From positions 32,001-96,000 of IMG/VR virus record IMGVR_UViG_3300019888_000002: 64,000 bases of DNA; one strand, 5' to 3'. Below, piece after piece: positions 1 to 8,336 of the stretch. How positions within the stretch are numbered: position 1 is the stretch's first letter; each line of letters opens with the position of its first letter. A program made the position numbers and the translations under genes. The notes under the pieces were generated by a model. It was not told the DNA's origin, did no database searches, and saw only the letters and a program-made list of their open reading frames with translations. This DNA is from a virus.

Positions 1-2290
1 ACTTGGCCTCGTAGACGTGGATCGAGTACTGACCACCGGGCGCGTAGTTGTACTGGGTGTTGCCATCCAAGACTTCCTTGACCCACGGGATCGAAGCCGT
101 CTTGGTGGAGCCATAGTGCTCATCGTCGTCATCGTCGTCGTCATAGTTATAGTGCTCTTCGAGCGAAGCACCTTCGGACTTGCCCATTTCGGCATCGTCG
201 TAGCCGAGCTGAGTCCAATAGGACATACCAGGGAACCGAGTCAGCCCCAACGCCTTGCCCTGATAACCGAACTCGTAGTCCCTGTAAATCTCGTCCCAGT
301 TGTCATCACGTCCGTGTCCGAGGTCCCCTGAAAATCCACCGTCACTGTTGTTGAAATCGTCAACCATCTGCTGGGTGACAACGGCCTGCTTACGGTTCTT
401 GCGTGACTTCTTGGTGGAGTCGGCAGCCTGCTTGCGCTTGGCCGTCATCGACTTGAGCGCCTGCTCGGCGGCGTCCTTGGCCGAAGACGTGTCGGTGGCA
501 ACACCGTGAGCGTAGGTCGAGCCCGAGTACGGGTCCTCGACGTACCAGGCGATTCCTCCACCGACCTGCTCGACCACCTGACCGGACGGACCGACCGGAG
601 GTGTGGCGTTGGGATTCCAGGTGGAGAAACCCTTGGTGAAGCCGTCGTCCACGGTGAACCAGGTGACTGCGGCCGTCTTGCGGCGCTTGGCGAACAAAGC
701 GCCCTGGCCCCCACCGAGAGCCTCGAGTTGCTGCTCAGCCCACATCTTGGCCTCCTCGACCGTGGCGAAAGTTTTCTCTGCGACCGTGCGATCCCATTCG
801 TTGGGGTAGATCGAGCACAGGTGCGGGGTGGGGTCGTCATCGAACCACTGATCGATCCGGGCGAACGGGGCCTCGGTATCGGTATTGAGATTGGTACCGG
901 GAAGGGTGCCGATCGACTCGTCGCCGTTGTCACTCCATTCGAGAGAGGCCGTCTTCTTGCTGGCCCACAGGTGAGCGTTGTCCGGGTCGTTCCACCCGCC
1001 AGCGTCCAAGAACGTATCGGTCACATTCTGATCCCATCCTCGGCTCTGACCGAAATCACGCACATGCTGCGGGGAAGCTGTGCCCGGCAGATCGAGCGAG
1101 CGGAGATGCTCACTCAGCTCGTCCCACTTGCCCTCGTTGTGGTACTGCTCGAACGAGTTGGCGATATGCGGGACGACGAGCGGCTTGTGCAGCGCGGTCC
1201 GGCGAGGAACGGTCATAACAGATTCCTTCTTCTTCGTGTCCGACTCGTCGGCCTTGTCATCGTCATCGTCTGTGTCGTCGCGGGGGTCTTCGGCTTCGTC
1301 GTCCGACGGGTGTTGCACCTCGAGGTTCTTCTTCAGGTCGGGGTCCCTCAGCTCCGGGGGAGACTCCACGAACTGATGGAACTCGGACTCGTCCTCTTCA
1401 TCGCGTAACGTATCGACCCGCTCCGGGGATTCGATCTCCCCATATGCCTTCTTGGAGAGGTTGGCTACCCGCCAGTTCGGGTTGGCCATCTCGAAGGTCC
1501 GGCGATGACTCTCGGAGCAGTAGTCGTAGGCGGCATGAGTGCCGGAGGTGTGAACCCACCGGTCGGTGTCGGACTTCTTGGCCCAGCGCTTACAGCCGGG
1601 AAGGTCACAGAGCACCCGGCCGGGCGCGGCACCGACTCGACGGCTGGCGGCGATCACGTTGGAGGTGAGCGCGGTCTCGTCGGCGGGGTCGAACACATAA
1701 CTCAGTTCGAAGAATCCGATGCCCCGGCATTCTTCGTAGACGAGCTTGCCGTCGATCGTCTGCCCCTTGTGATGAAGCACGTGATCGCACATGTCGAACA
1801 TGTCGGTGGCCGTGTTCCCACACACCGAGCAGATTGTCAGTGCAGCAACGCATCCCATGGACACGGCATCGATGCCACCCTCTTCCAGCTCCTTGGCCAG
1901 CTTCGGGTACTTCTTCGCGCTGACTTCCTGGATGACCTGGATGTACTTGTCGGTGCCGTTCTCCACATACCGAGAACCGATCACCCGGCCACGTGCCTTG
2001 CTGGCGTCGTCGTTGGCATGGTTCACGAACAACGGCTTGCCGAGGAAGGTCTTGTACGCGGCTTTGAGTTCCGAGGACGGGAAGCCGTCGAAGTTCTGGT
2101 TGATCCGCGCCGAAATTGCCCTCGTGACGGTGTAGATATGACCCTCGCGCGGGACGAAGCCGTCGACCAAAGCGGAGTCAGGGTAGCTCTGCCAGGTGGC
2201 GATCAGATCACGAGCGGCCTCGATCGAGGACGCAGCGTGCTTGATACGACCTCGAACGCTGTTGGCCTTCTTCATCGTGTCGACGCTCAA
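1..2290 (-). CDS. Prohead (capsid maturation) protease with long acidic/modular C-terminal extension; 3' end runs off the window
   Basis: Absent from the ORF track because no stop lies in the window. Hand translation from TTG 2290 (SD GAAGGAAGGG; in-frame ATG 2275) gives ...RAISARINQNFDGFPSSELKAAYKTFLGKPLFVNHANDDASKARGRV...DAVSMGC...CSVCGN...CDH...GFFELSYVFDPADETA, typical of assemblin-fold phage proteases of large actinophages. Frame checked open near position 1. Confidence 0.8.
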   Translation of the reverse strand, partial: MSVDTMKKANSVRGRIKHAASSIEAARDLIATWQSYPDSALVDGFVPREGHIYTVTRAISARINQNFDGFPSSELKAAYKTFLGKPLFVNHANDDASKARGRVIGSRYVENGTDKYIQVIQEVSAKKYPKLAKELEEGGIDAVSMGCVAALTICSVCGNTATDMFDMCDHVLHHKGQTIDGKLVYEECRGIGFFELSYVFDPADETALTSNVIAASRRVGAAPGRVLCDLPGCKRWAKKSDTDRWVHTSGTHAAYDYCSESHRRTFEMANPNWRVANLSKKAYGEIESPERVDTLRDEEDESEFHQFVESPPELRDPDLKKNLEVQHPSDDEAEDPRDDTDDDDDKADESDTKKKESVMTVPRRTALHKPLVVPHIANSFEQYHNEGKWDELSEHLRSLDLPGTASPQHVRDFGQSRGWDQNVTDTFLDAGGWNDPDNAHLWASKKTASLEWSDNGDESIGTLPGTNLNTDTEAPFARIDQWFDDDPTPHLCSIYPNEWDRTVAEKTFATVEEAKMWAEQQLEALGGGQGALFAKRRKTAAVTWFTVDDGFTKGFSTWNPNATPPVGPSGQVVEQVGGGIAWYVEDPYSGSTYAHGVATDTSSAKDAAEQALKSMTAKRKQAADSTKKSRKNRKQAVVTQQMVDDFNNSDGGFSGDLGHGRDDNWDEIYRDYEFGYQGKALGLTRFPGMSYWTQLGYDDAEMGKSEGASLEEHYNYDDDDDDDEHYGSTKTASIPWVKEVLDGNTQYNYAPGGQYSIHVYEAK

Positions 2291-2350
2291 GAAACTTCCC
2301 TTCCTTCGCCTCTTCTGACTCCGGCCGTGCGGGAATCCATGGTGGATCGG

Positions 2351-4189
2351 TCACAGGAGATAGTGCGTGCCCTCGAGGCTCAACTCTTTGGGGTCCAACG
2401 GAGCCCCGTCGGCCGATGCCTCATTGATCAGTGCCTCCTGCTCGGAGAAGGTGTAATTGCGACCGGCCACCTTGGGCACTCCACCCATCAGATAGGCCAA
2501 CGGGTCCCCCTGATCGCTCACAGCGGCTTCACGAGTATCCACAGCGGAGAACATGGCCAGCGCGGGATCGTCGGCCTCCACCGGGGCCGAGCTGGACCCC
2601 GTGGACCCGGCCAGCGGGTCCATGTTGCCGAACGCCTGAATCGAATCCAGGGATGCCTCCCGGAAATCGTGATCCTCGGAGGCCGCCATCACCGGATTGA
2701 TCCCCGGCACGTTCACCCGTTCCATGCGAGAGCGTTCGTGCCGCTCGACATAGGACTCGCTGGTGTCGATGTCCGGTGCGTCGACCGCGCCGGAACCCTG
2801 GAAAGGCTCATGATTCTCGGGTTCGTAGAGCCCGCCGCAGGCTTGCACCTCGATCGCCGCCGTCAGGTTGTCGGCGTTGTACCCGCGTGCGCGTAAGACC
2901 TGCACGATCCGGCTCATCTCCCGATTGCGCTCCTCGTTGTGCTGCGGCCGGTTGTTCTCGGCACCGAGCGCACGGAGACGTTCCAGCAGCTGCTGATCCT
3001 CGGGATCGATCACCCGTTGGATGTCGATGATGGCGGCCATGATGCCGATGGAGCTGCTCACTCCGATCAAACCGTGCTCGGACCGAAGGTCTTCGTGATG
3101 CAGGTGGCCCCCGGCGTCCGGGATGTCGTTGTCATCGAAATGCAGCGAACCCGGCTCGTGTGTGAGGTACCCCGGTGCGGGCTCGTAGCCCCTCCGTCCG
3201 GCCGTGTTCTGCATGTCGGCATTCGGGTCCTGGTCCTGCGGTTGACCCATGTCGCCCTCGGCATCGGCGGCGGGAACGGGCTCACTGCGGCCCTCACCGT
3301 CGGCCTCGACACTGCGAGAGGCATACCAGGCCGGGGTCTTGTCCTTCTTCTGATGCTGACTCCGCAGCTCGAGATAGGCAGCATAGGCATGGCTGCACAA
3401 CCGGCCGACGAAGGTGAACTTACGTTTGAACGCCCACTTGCCCCATTCACAGGTGCAGTCCCACTCCGAGATCGAACTGTCCCCCGCCATCGCGCCGGAA
3501 CGGACCACGATCGTCTCGTACACCCCGTGGTCCCCCATGACATAGGCGTAGATCGACTGCGGAGTGGCCCCGATGACCTCCACCTGACCGTCGTTACGGA
3601 TACGCACGCCCTTGGCGCGTACGTCCTTCCACGCTGCGGTGCGGATATCGGCATCGGCGGCGAGAAGATTCAGGTAATTGGCGGTGTGCTCATCGATCTC
3701 GTGACCGTCACCGGCATGATGAGCGAACTGGAGGTCCTGAGCGAGCCGGACCGGGTTGTGACGCAACCGGGAGATGATCGAGTCCTTGTCGAACTCCTCC
3801 GGCACGGCAGCGAACCGGGCATCCCGGCTGCCGTAGGTCTCCTCGGTCGACGCCTCGGCGAACAGGTGCCCGGCCGGTGCGGGCTCGGCGGCGTACGGGC
3901 GTTCCTCGAAGGTCAACGAGTCGGACGGGCGCAACCGCTTGTCCGGGTCGATTCTCATGTCTCCGAGCGGCTGCTGATAGACCTCCGAAGGCCATTGCGG
4001 GCGAGGATCGTAGGGCAACGTGGTGGTGTTGCTCCGGTTCACCTCCGGAGGGTTCTCATCGAACTGGAGCAGGGCGGCATCGATCCAGATCTCGAAGCCC
4101 TCACCTGCGACCTTGTGGGTCGTACGACCGTGGACGGTCTGTGTTTCCACGACCTCCCCGAGGCCGTAGGAAGTGTGCACCTTAGACAT
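2351..4189 (-). CDS. Head-module protein with SWIM-type zinc finger (612 aa)
   Basis: WDCTCEWGKWAFKRKFTFVGRLCSHAYA fits the SWIM CxC...CxH pattern; SD CAGGAGG; lies between portal and protease. Confidence 0.65.
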   Translation of the reverse strand: MSKVHTSYGLGEVVETQTVHGRTTHKVAGEGFEIWIDAALLQFDENPPEVNRSNTTTLPYDPRPQWPSEVYQQPLGDMRIDPDKRLRPSDSLTFEERPYAAEPAPAGHLFAEASTEETYGSRDARFAAVPEEFDKDSIISRLRHNPVRLAQDLQFAHHAGDGHEIDEHTANYLNLLAADADIRTAAWKDVRAKGVRIRNDGQVEVIGATPQSIYAYVMGDHGVYETIVVRSGAMAGDSSISEWDCTCEWGKWAFKRKFTFVGRLCSHAYAAYLELRSQHQKKDKTPAWYASRSVEADGEGRSEPVPAADAEGDMGQPQDQDPNADMQNTAGRRGYEPAPGYLTHEPGSLHFDDNDIPDAGGHLHHEDLRSEHGLIGVSSSIGIMAAIIDIQRVIDPEDQQLLERLRALGAENNRPQHNEERNREMSRIVQVLRARGYNADNLTAAIEVQACGGLYEPENHEPFQGSGAVDAPDIDTSESYVERHERSRMERVNVPGINPVMAASEDHDFREASLDSIQAFGNMDPLAGSTGSSSAPVEADDPALAMFSAVDTREAAVSDQGDPLAYLMGGVPKVAGRNYTFSEQEALINEASADGAPLDPKELSLEGTHYLL

Positions 4190-4727
4190 GCGAAGCCTCC
4201 TGCTCGACTATCTCTTCCTGTCCGAAAGATGCAGGGAATACACCATCCGGGATCAATCGAAGGACCGATTGAGCTGTCGTCGGCACGCATTCGATCAAAG
4301 TGAGCCACAACCCCTGGTTGATGACTCGCATCGGTTCGGAGTGTTCGACCGACCCCACCAGATGCGTCACGATGTGCCGGGGCGACATGGTGACGATGAA
4401 GGACACCATCACGAAATCCGGAAGAACCCGCTCGGCTTCGGCCCAGCTGGCCCCTCGGGAGCGTAGCGACTCGAAGAGGGCCACGGCCTGGGCTGCCAAC
4501 TCGTTGTGACGGTCCTGCTGGCTCGAGGGGACATGAAAAGCGATGTCCCGGGTGTGGGTGTCCACTCTGCCGACGGTCTTGGAGACCAATTGGTCCCCGA
4601 ACTCCGATTGAACGAAGCGTGGGGCCACGATCTGCCAGGTGATCGAGCCATGAGCCAACCCGAGATCGTCACCGACGGAGTCTCGGACGATGTTGACCTC
4701 GATCTCTTCGGTGAAAACCGGTCTCAT
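4182..4727 (-). CDS. Hypothetical protein, head module
   Basis: ORF coupled to the portal stop by an ATGA overlap; coding-like composition. Confidence 0.6.
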   Translation of the reverse strand: MRPVFTEEIEVNIVRDSVGDDLGLAHGSITWQIVAPRFVQSEFGDQLVSKTVGRVDTHTRDIAFHVPSSQQDRHNELAAQAVALFESLRSRGASWAEAERVLPDFVMVSFIVTMSPRHIVTHLVGSVEHSEPMRVINQGLWLTLIECVPTTAQSVLRLIPDGVFPASFGQEEIVEQEASHV

Positions 4728-7204
4728 ACCCATAACGGCTGGATTCCGTGGACCAATTCGTACTGCTCGAGCATTCCTTCGAGATCTTCGTGCTGACTGA
4801 CGATGCTGGCGGCCGTGCGCCGACGCACTTCGTCGGAGGCGAAATGATATTCCTCGATATCGGGCCAGTCGGTGTGGAAATCCAGTCCGTTTTGATTGAG
4901 CGTGGAGTAGAAGTGCTCACTGGAGACCAGATCGGCGACCGTGGGCATCTTGTAGGCCATCCGGTCGATGGCTTCCCGGACACTCTGGTCGTCGGCGCGC
5001 AACACGGCTCCCACCGAGGACGGAGCCTGACCCAATCGATTGACCACCACCGGTACCGGCTCTTCTCCGTCGACCGAGGCGGCCTTGGGCATGGTCTTGC
5101 GCTGCTCGTCGGATTCGGCCGGACGAGACCGGTTGCGCGGGCTCGGTGGTTTGGTCTTGGTGTCTTCCGTACCGCTCGGCGGGTTCGCGTCCTTGGCGTC
5201 GGAGATCGAGGTCTCGATCCCGTTGTCCATGTCGTTGGGTCCGGCGCTGTCGGCACCCTCGGCACCGGCTGCTCCAGCCGTTCCTGGCATCTCACCGGTT
5301 TCCTCGAAGTGATCCTTGGTCGACTCGGCCATTTCGGCGTCGGTCTTGGCCTTGTCGTTGTTGATTCCGGCCTGTTCGGCCATCTTCTCTTCACGCTCGA
5401 GCTGCGACTGAGCTGCCAAGAACTTGGCCAGCTCGGGCGGCATCGGCAGCCCCTGAGCCTTGATCAGCTCGGCGGCCTTCTTCATGGCCTGAGCCTGAGC
5501 GACCAGCTTGTCCACCATCTCCTCGGACTGCTTCTCCAGCTCCGACTCGAACTCGATCGGCACGTTGACGGCCAGACTGCGATCCGAGATCGGGACCCCG
5601 GCGTTCTTGAGCATCTGAAGGAACGACCGCTCCTGTGCTTCGTCGCGCAGATTGAGTGACTGGAACTTGATGTCGGGAATCAACAGCTTGGGCACCTTGC
5701 GGATGGTCTCCTCGCCGGTCCGGGGATCGGTCTCCACGATCTCCCGATAGACCGGCTCTCGATTGCCGCCCCGAGTGTCGTAGTCGTAATGGCCTTGGGC
5801 CTCGGCGATGACCAGGCACCGCTTCCGAACGTGGCGTTTCACGGCGTTCTGGTAGCTCAGCATCATCTGCGTGACGAACTCGCGGTTGAGCGCGGTCGAC
5901 GCATAGTTCTGGGTGCCGGTGCCACCGGAGATCAGAGCCTCGCCGATGCCCCATGCCTGCATCAGCTTCTTGTCGATCCGGCTGTAATCGGTGTCGAATC
6001 GGGGAACGGCTTCCCGGCCGAACACACTCTTGATGTCGAGCCCCATGTGATGCACCATCAGGCGGAAATCGGCGGCCAGGGCGCTTTGAAGGTTCTCCCG
6101 GGTTTCGTCCAGTTCGGCAGGGGTGGGAATCCACGGTCCGGCGTCGTCACCGAGGTTGGCGATGCCGAGAGTGGCCAGGATCAGCGGGCTGTAGAGCCGA
6201 TCCGCCACGGCGTCCTGTGCGGCGTTGAGCGATTCTTCGAGCATCAGGGTCTTGAAGGAACGCATCATGTGAGGTGTCCCCCGGGTGTCCCACGGCTGCA
6301 CCTTGTTGACGATCCGAGAGATCAGTGCGTCGGAGATGTCGATACCGTCGTCCTGGGCGGCGGCGGCGATGAACTCGGGGTACTCGTTGACCAGGGTCTG
6401 GTAGTCGTTCTGTCGCTGACGGCGTTCGCTGGCCGAAAGGTTGGCGTCGTCCATACTTCCCGAACCGGAGCGCAGGCCCTCGACCATTTCCTTGACCATG
6501 AGCTGCACTCGTTCGACCGGCTGATCGGTGTCGCTGTTCCCGAACATCGGTTTGGAGACGTGCAGGTGATCGGGGTCCATGATCTCTTCGGCTGTCCAGA
6601 TGCCGAGGGTCTCGGAGAAATGGCCCAGTGCGTTGATCTCACCGGAGATGAAGTATTCCCGACCCATGTCCTGAAGGAAATTCCCGTAATCCAGGGTGTC
6701 GAAGAACATTTCGTTGTAGAAACGCTCGATCTCCGGATCTTTGTTGGTCAGTTCAAACCCGATCACCGGGAACTTGGAGTAGATGTCGATCAGCAACGGA
6801 ATCAGGTCGTGGGTGCAATAGAACAACCGAGCCCAACGCCTGATCTCGATCAGTTCCTTGGGGTTACGGGTGTCGAACGGGATGCCCTTGTCGATCAGCG
6901 AGGACATCGGTTTGCGGACCTTGGGCAACGCCAGTTGCACGTTGGCCCCGGTGCGGGACATCGCCGCCACTCGTTGACGAGCGGCCCCCATGGACGCGGT
7001 GAGCGTCCGATTGTCCATCGACTCCCGGACCCGCGCTGTCTCCGACATGGCCGAGCCGTCGGAATAGGGCAAGGTGTATCCGGCCTGCCGAAGCTGCTGC
7101 ATGTGGGTGTTGAGGTTGGTGGTCACAAGCCGGGGGTTGGTGGTGGCTCCACCCACACCTGCCGTCCGAGAACCACGGAGGTCTCTCACCGTGAAATCGG
7201 CCAT
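4724..7204 (-). CDS. Portal protein (826 aa)
   Basis: IRRWARLFYCTHDLIPLLIDIYSKFP, NKVQPWDTRGTPHMMRSFKTLMLEESLNAAQDAVADRLYSPLILATLG resemble large-actinophage portals; position between terminase and protease. Confidence 0.8.
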   Translation of the reverse strand: MADFTVRDLRGSRTAGVGGATTNPRLVTTNLNTHMQQLRQAGYTLPYSDGSAMSETARVRESMDNRTLTASMGAARQRVAAMSRTGANVQLALPKVRKPMSSLIDKGIPFDTRNPKELIEIRRWARLFYCTHDLIPLLIDIYSKFPVIGFELTNKDPEIERFYNEMFFDTLDYGNFLQDMGREYFISGEINALGHFSETLGIWTAEEIMDPDHLHVSKPMFGNSDTDQPVERVQLMVKEMVEGLRSGSGSMDDANLSASERRQRQNDYQTLVNEYPEFIAAAAQDDGIDISDALISRIVNKVQPWDTRGTPHMMRSFKTLMLEESLNAAQDAVADRLYSPLILATLGIANLGDDAGPWIPTPAELDETRENLQSALAADFRLMVHHMGLDIKSVFGREAVPRFDTDYSRIDKKLMQAWGIGEALISGGTGTQNYASTALNREFVTQMMLSYQNAVKRHVRKRCLVIAEAQGHYDYDTRGGNREPVYREIVETDPRTGEETIRKVPKLLIPDIKFQSLNLRDEAQERSFLQMLKNAGVPISDRSLAVNVPIEFESELEKQSEEMVDKLVAQAQAMKKAAELIKAQGLPMPPELAKFLAAQSQLEREEKMAEQAGINNDKAKTDAEMAESTKDHFEETGEMPGTAGAAGAEGADSAGPNDMDNGIETSISDAKDANPPSGTEDTKTKPPSPRNRSRPAESDEQRKTMPKAASVDGEEPVPVVVNRLGQAPSSVGAVLRADDQSVREAIDRMAYKMPTVADLVSSEHFYSTLNQNGLDFHTDWPDIEEYHFASDEVRRRTAASIVSQHEDLEGMLEQYELVHGIQPLWV

Positions 7205-7569
7205 CAGTGTGCCCTCTCATGAACCCTGGTCAAACAAATACCGGTGTACCAACGATCTTCGGGCCACTTCTCCGGATCGTCCATCTTCACGAGATACGCG
7301 GGGAAGACCGGTGTCCCCCCGTCGTGCAACTCCTCGGAGACCCGGACGACCTCCCCGTTGCCGTCGTAGTACTCGCCCACGGTGCGGCACTCCACCCGGT
7401 CTCCGACCCCGAACGGGAGCAACGAGTCGAGAAACTGAAGGTGCACGTTGAAACTGGAGGTGATGTCGTTGGACGCACATCCCCGGCAATAGCCTCGCTC
7501 GGTGATCTGGTCGACAAAGGCCACCGGTTCTCCATCAGCGCCCCAACACCTCTGCTCTGTATCCGACAT
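7204..7569 (-). CDS. Hypothetical protein (CxxC plus SH3-like region)
   Basis: 121-aa ORF abutting the portal start; YCRGC and FGVGDRVECR motifs. Confidence 0.6.
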   Translation of the reverse strand: MSDTEQRCWGADGEPVAFVDQITERGYCRGCASNDITSSFNVHLQFLDSLLPFGVGDRVECRTVGEYYDGNGEVVRVSEELHDGGTPVFPAYLVKMDDPEKWPEDRWYTGICLTRVHERAH

Positions 7570-7581
7570 GAGCCAACTCTG

Positions 7582-8304
7582 TCATGTTCGAGAGGCCAGC
7601 ACGGCGTCGGCGCGTACCGGTACCTCACGGGCGATCATCTTGGTTCCACTGGCCGACTGCACCGTGTGAATATTCCACTGCTTCCCACACTCACAGACAC
7701 CGAAGCTCGGTGCTGCGATCTTGACTCCACAAGTGCAGTCGAACGAGTCGATACCGGACTGAGCGATATATCCGGACTGATGGTGATCCCAATCCCATCC
7801 GGCGATACGCGCGATGTTGCCGCTCTGTGGCTGAATCGGCATCAGCGCGGTCTTCTCTCTCGAACCGGTCTTGTGGCTCTTCTTCCCCGGACCCCACTTC
7901 TCCAACGCCTTCTTGTGCTGGGAAGAGCCGGTGCCGAACATGGTCTCGGCATTCCTGATCTTCTCCTCGTTGGAGAACTCACCGGGAGCCGCTGTGCGGG
8001 CTGCCCGACGAGCGGACATGAACTGGCGCTGGAACTCGAGCCGAGTCTCCTCGACTTCGTCCTGACTCTTGAGCGCACCCTCGGCCATCAGCCAGTCCTC
8101 GAAGGACTGCACCCCATGATCGGTGTAATAGGCCCCACCGACCTCGTTGAACCACTGCCGGTAGTCCTCGATGTTCCCCTCGGCGATCAACTCTTTCTCA
8201 CCGGGTCCCAGTGCTTCCCAGTTCTCGGTGGCCTGCCGGGGCACCGATGCCTCGAGATACTGAAGCGTGTGGTGCCCTTCCTCTTCGGTCGCCTCACCGA
8301 TCAA
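7582..8304 (-). CDS. Hypothetical head-associated protein with C-terminal Cys cluster; start uncertain
   Basis: RIAGWDWDHHQSGY...CTCG...CECGKQWN motif; TTG start with weak SD. Confidence 0.6.
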   Translation of the reverse strand: MIGEATEEEGHHTLQYLEASVPRQATENWEALGPGEKELIAEGNIEDYRQWFNEVGGAYYTDHGVQSFEDWLMAEGALKSQDEVEETRLEFQRQFMSARRAARTAAPGEFSNEEKIRNAETMFGTGSSQHKKALEKWGPGKKSHKTGSREKTALMPIQPQSGNIARIAGWDWDHHQSGYIAQSGIDSFDCTCGVKIAAPSFGVCECGKQWNIHTVQSASGTKMIAREVPVRADAVLASRT

Positions 8305-8336
8305 CGGGTTCAGTGTCCAGCCCGACGCGCTACCAG

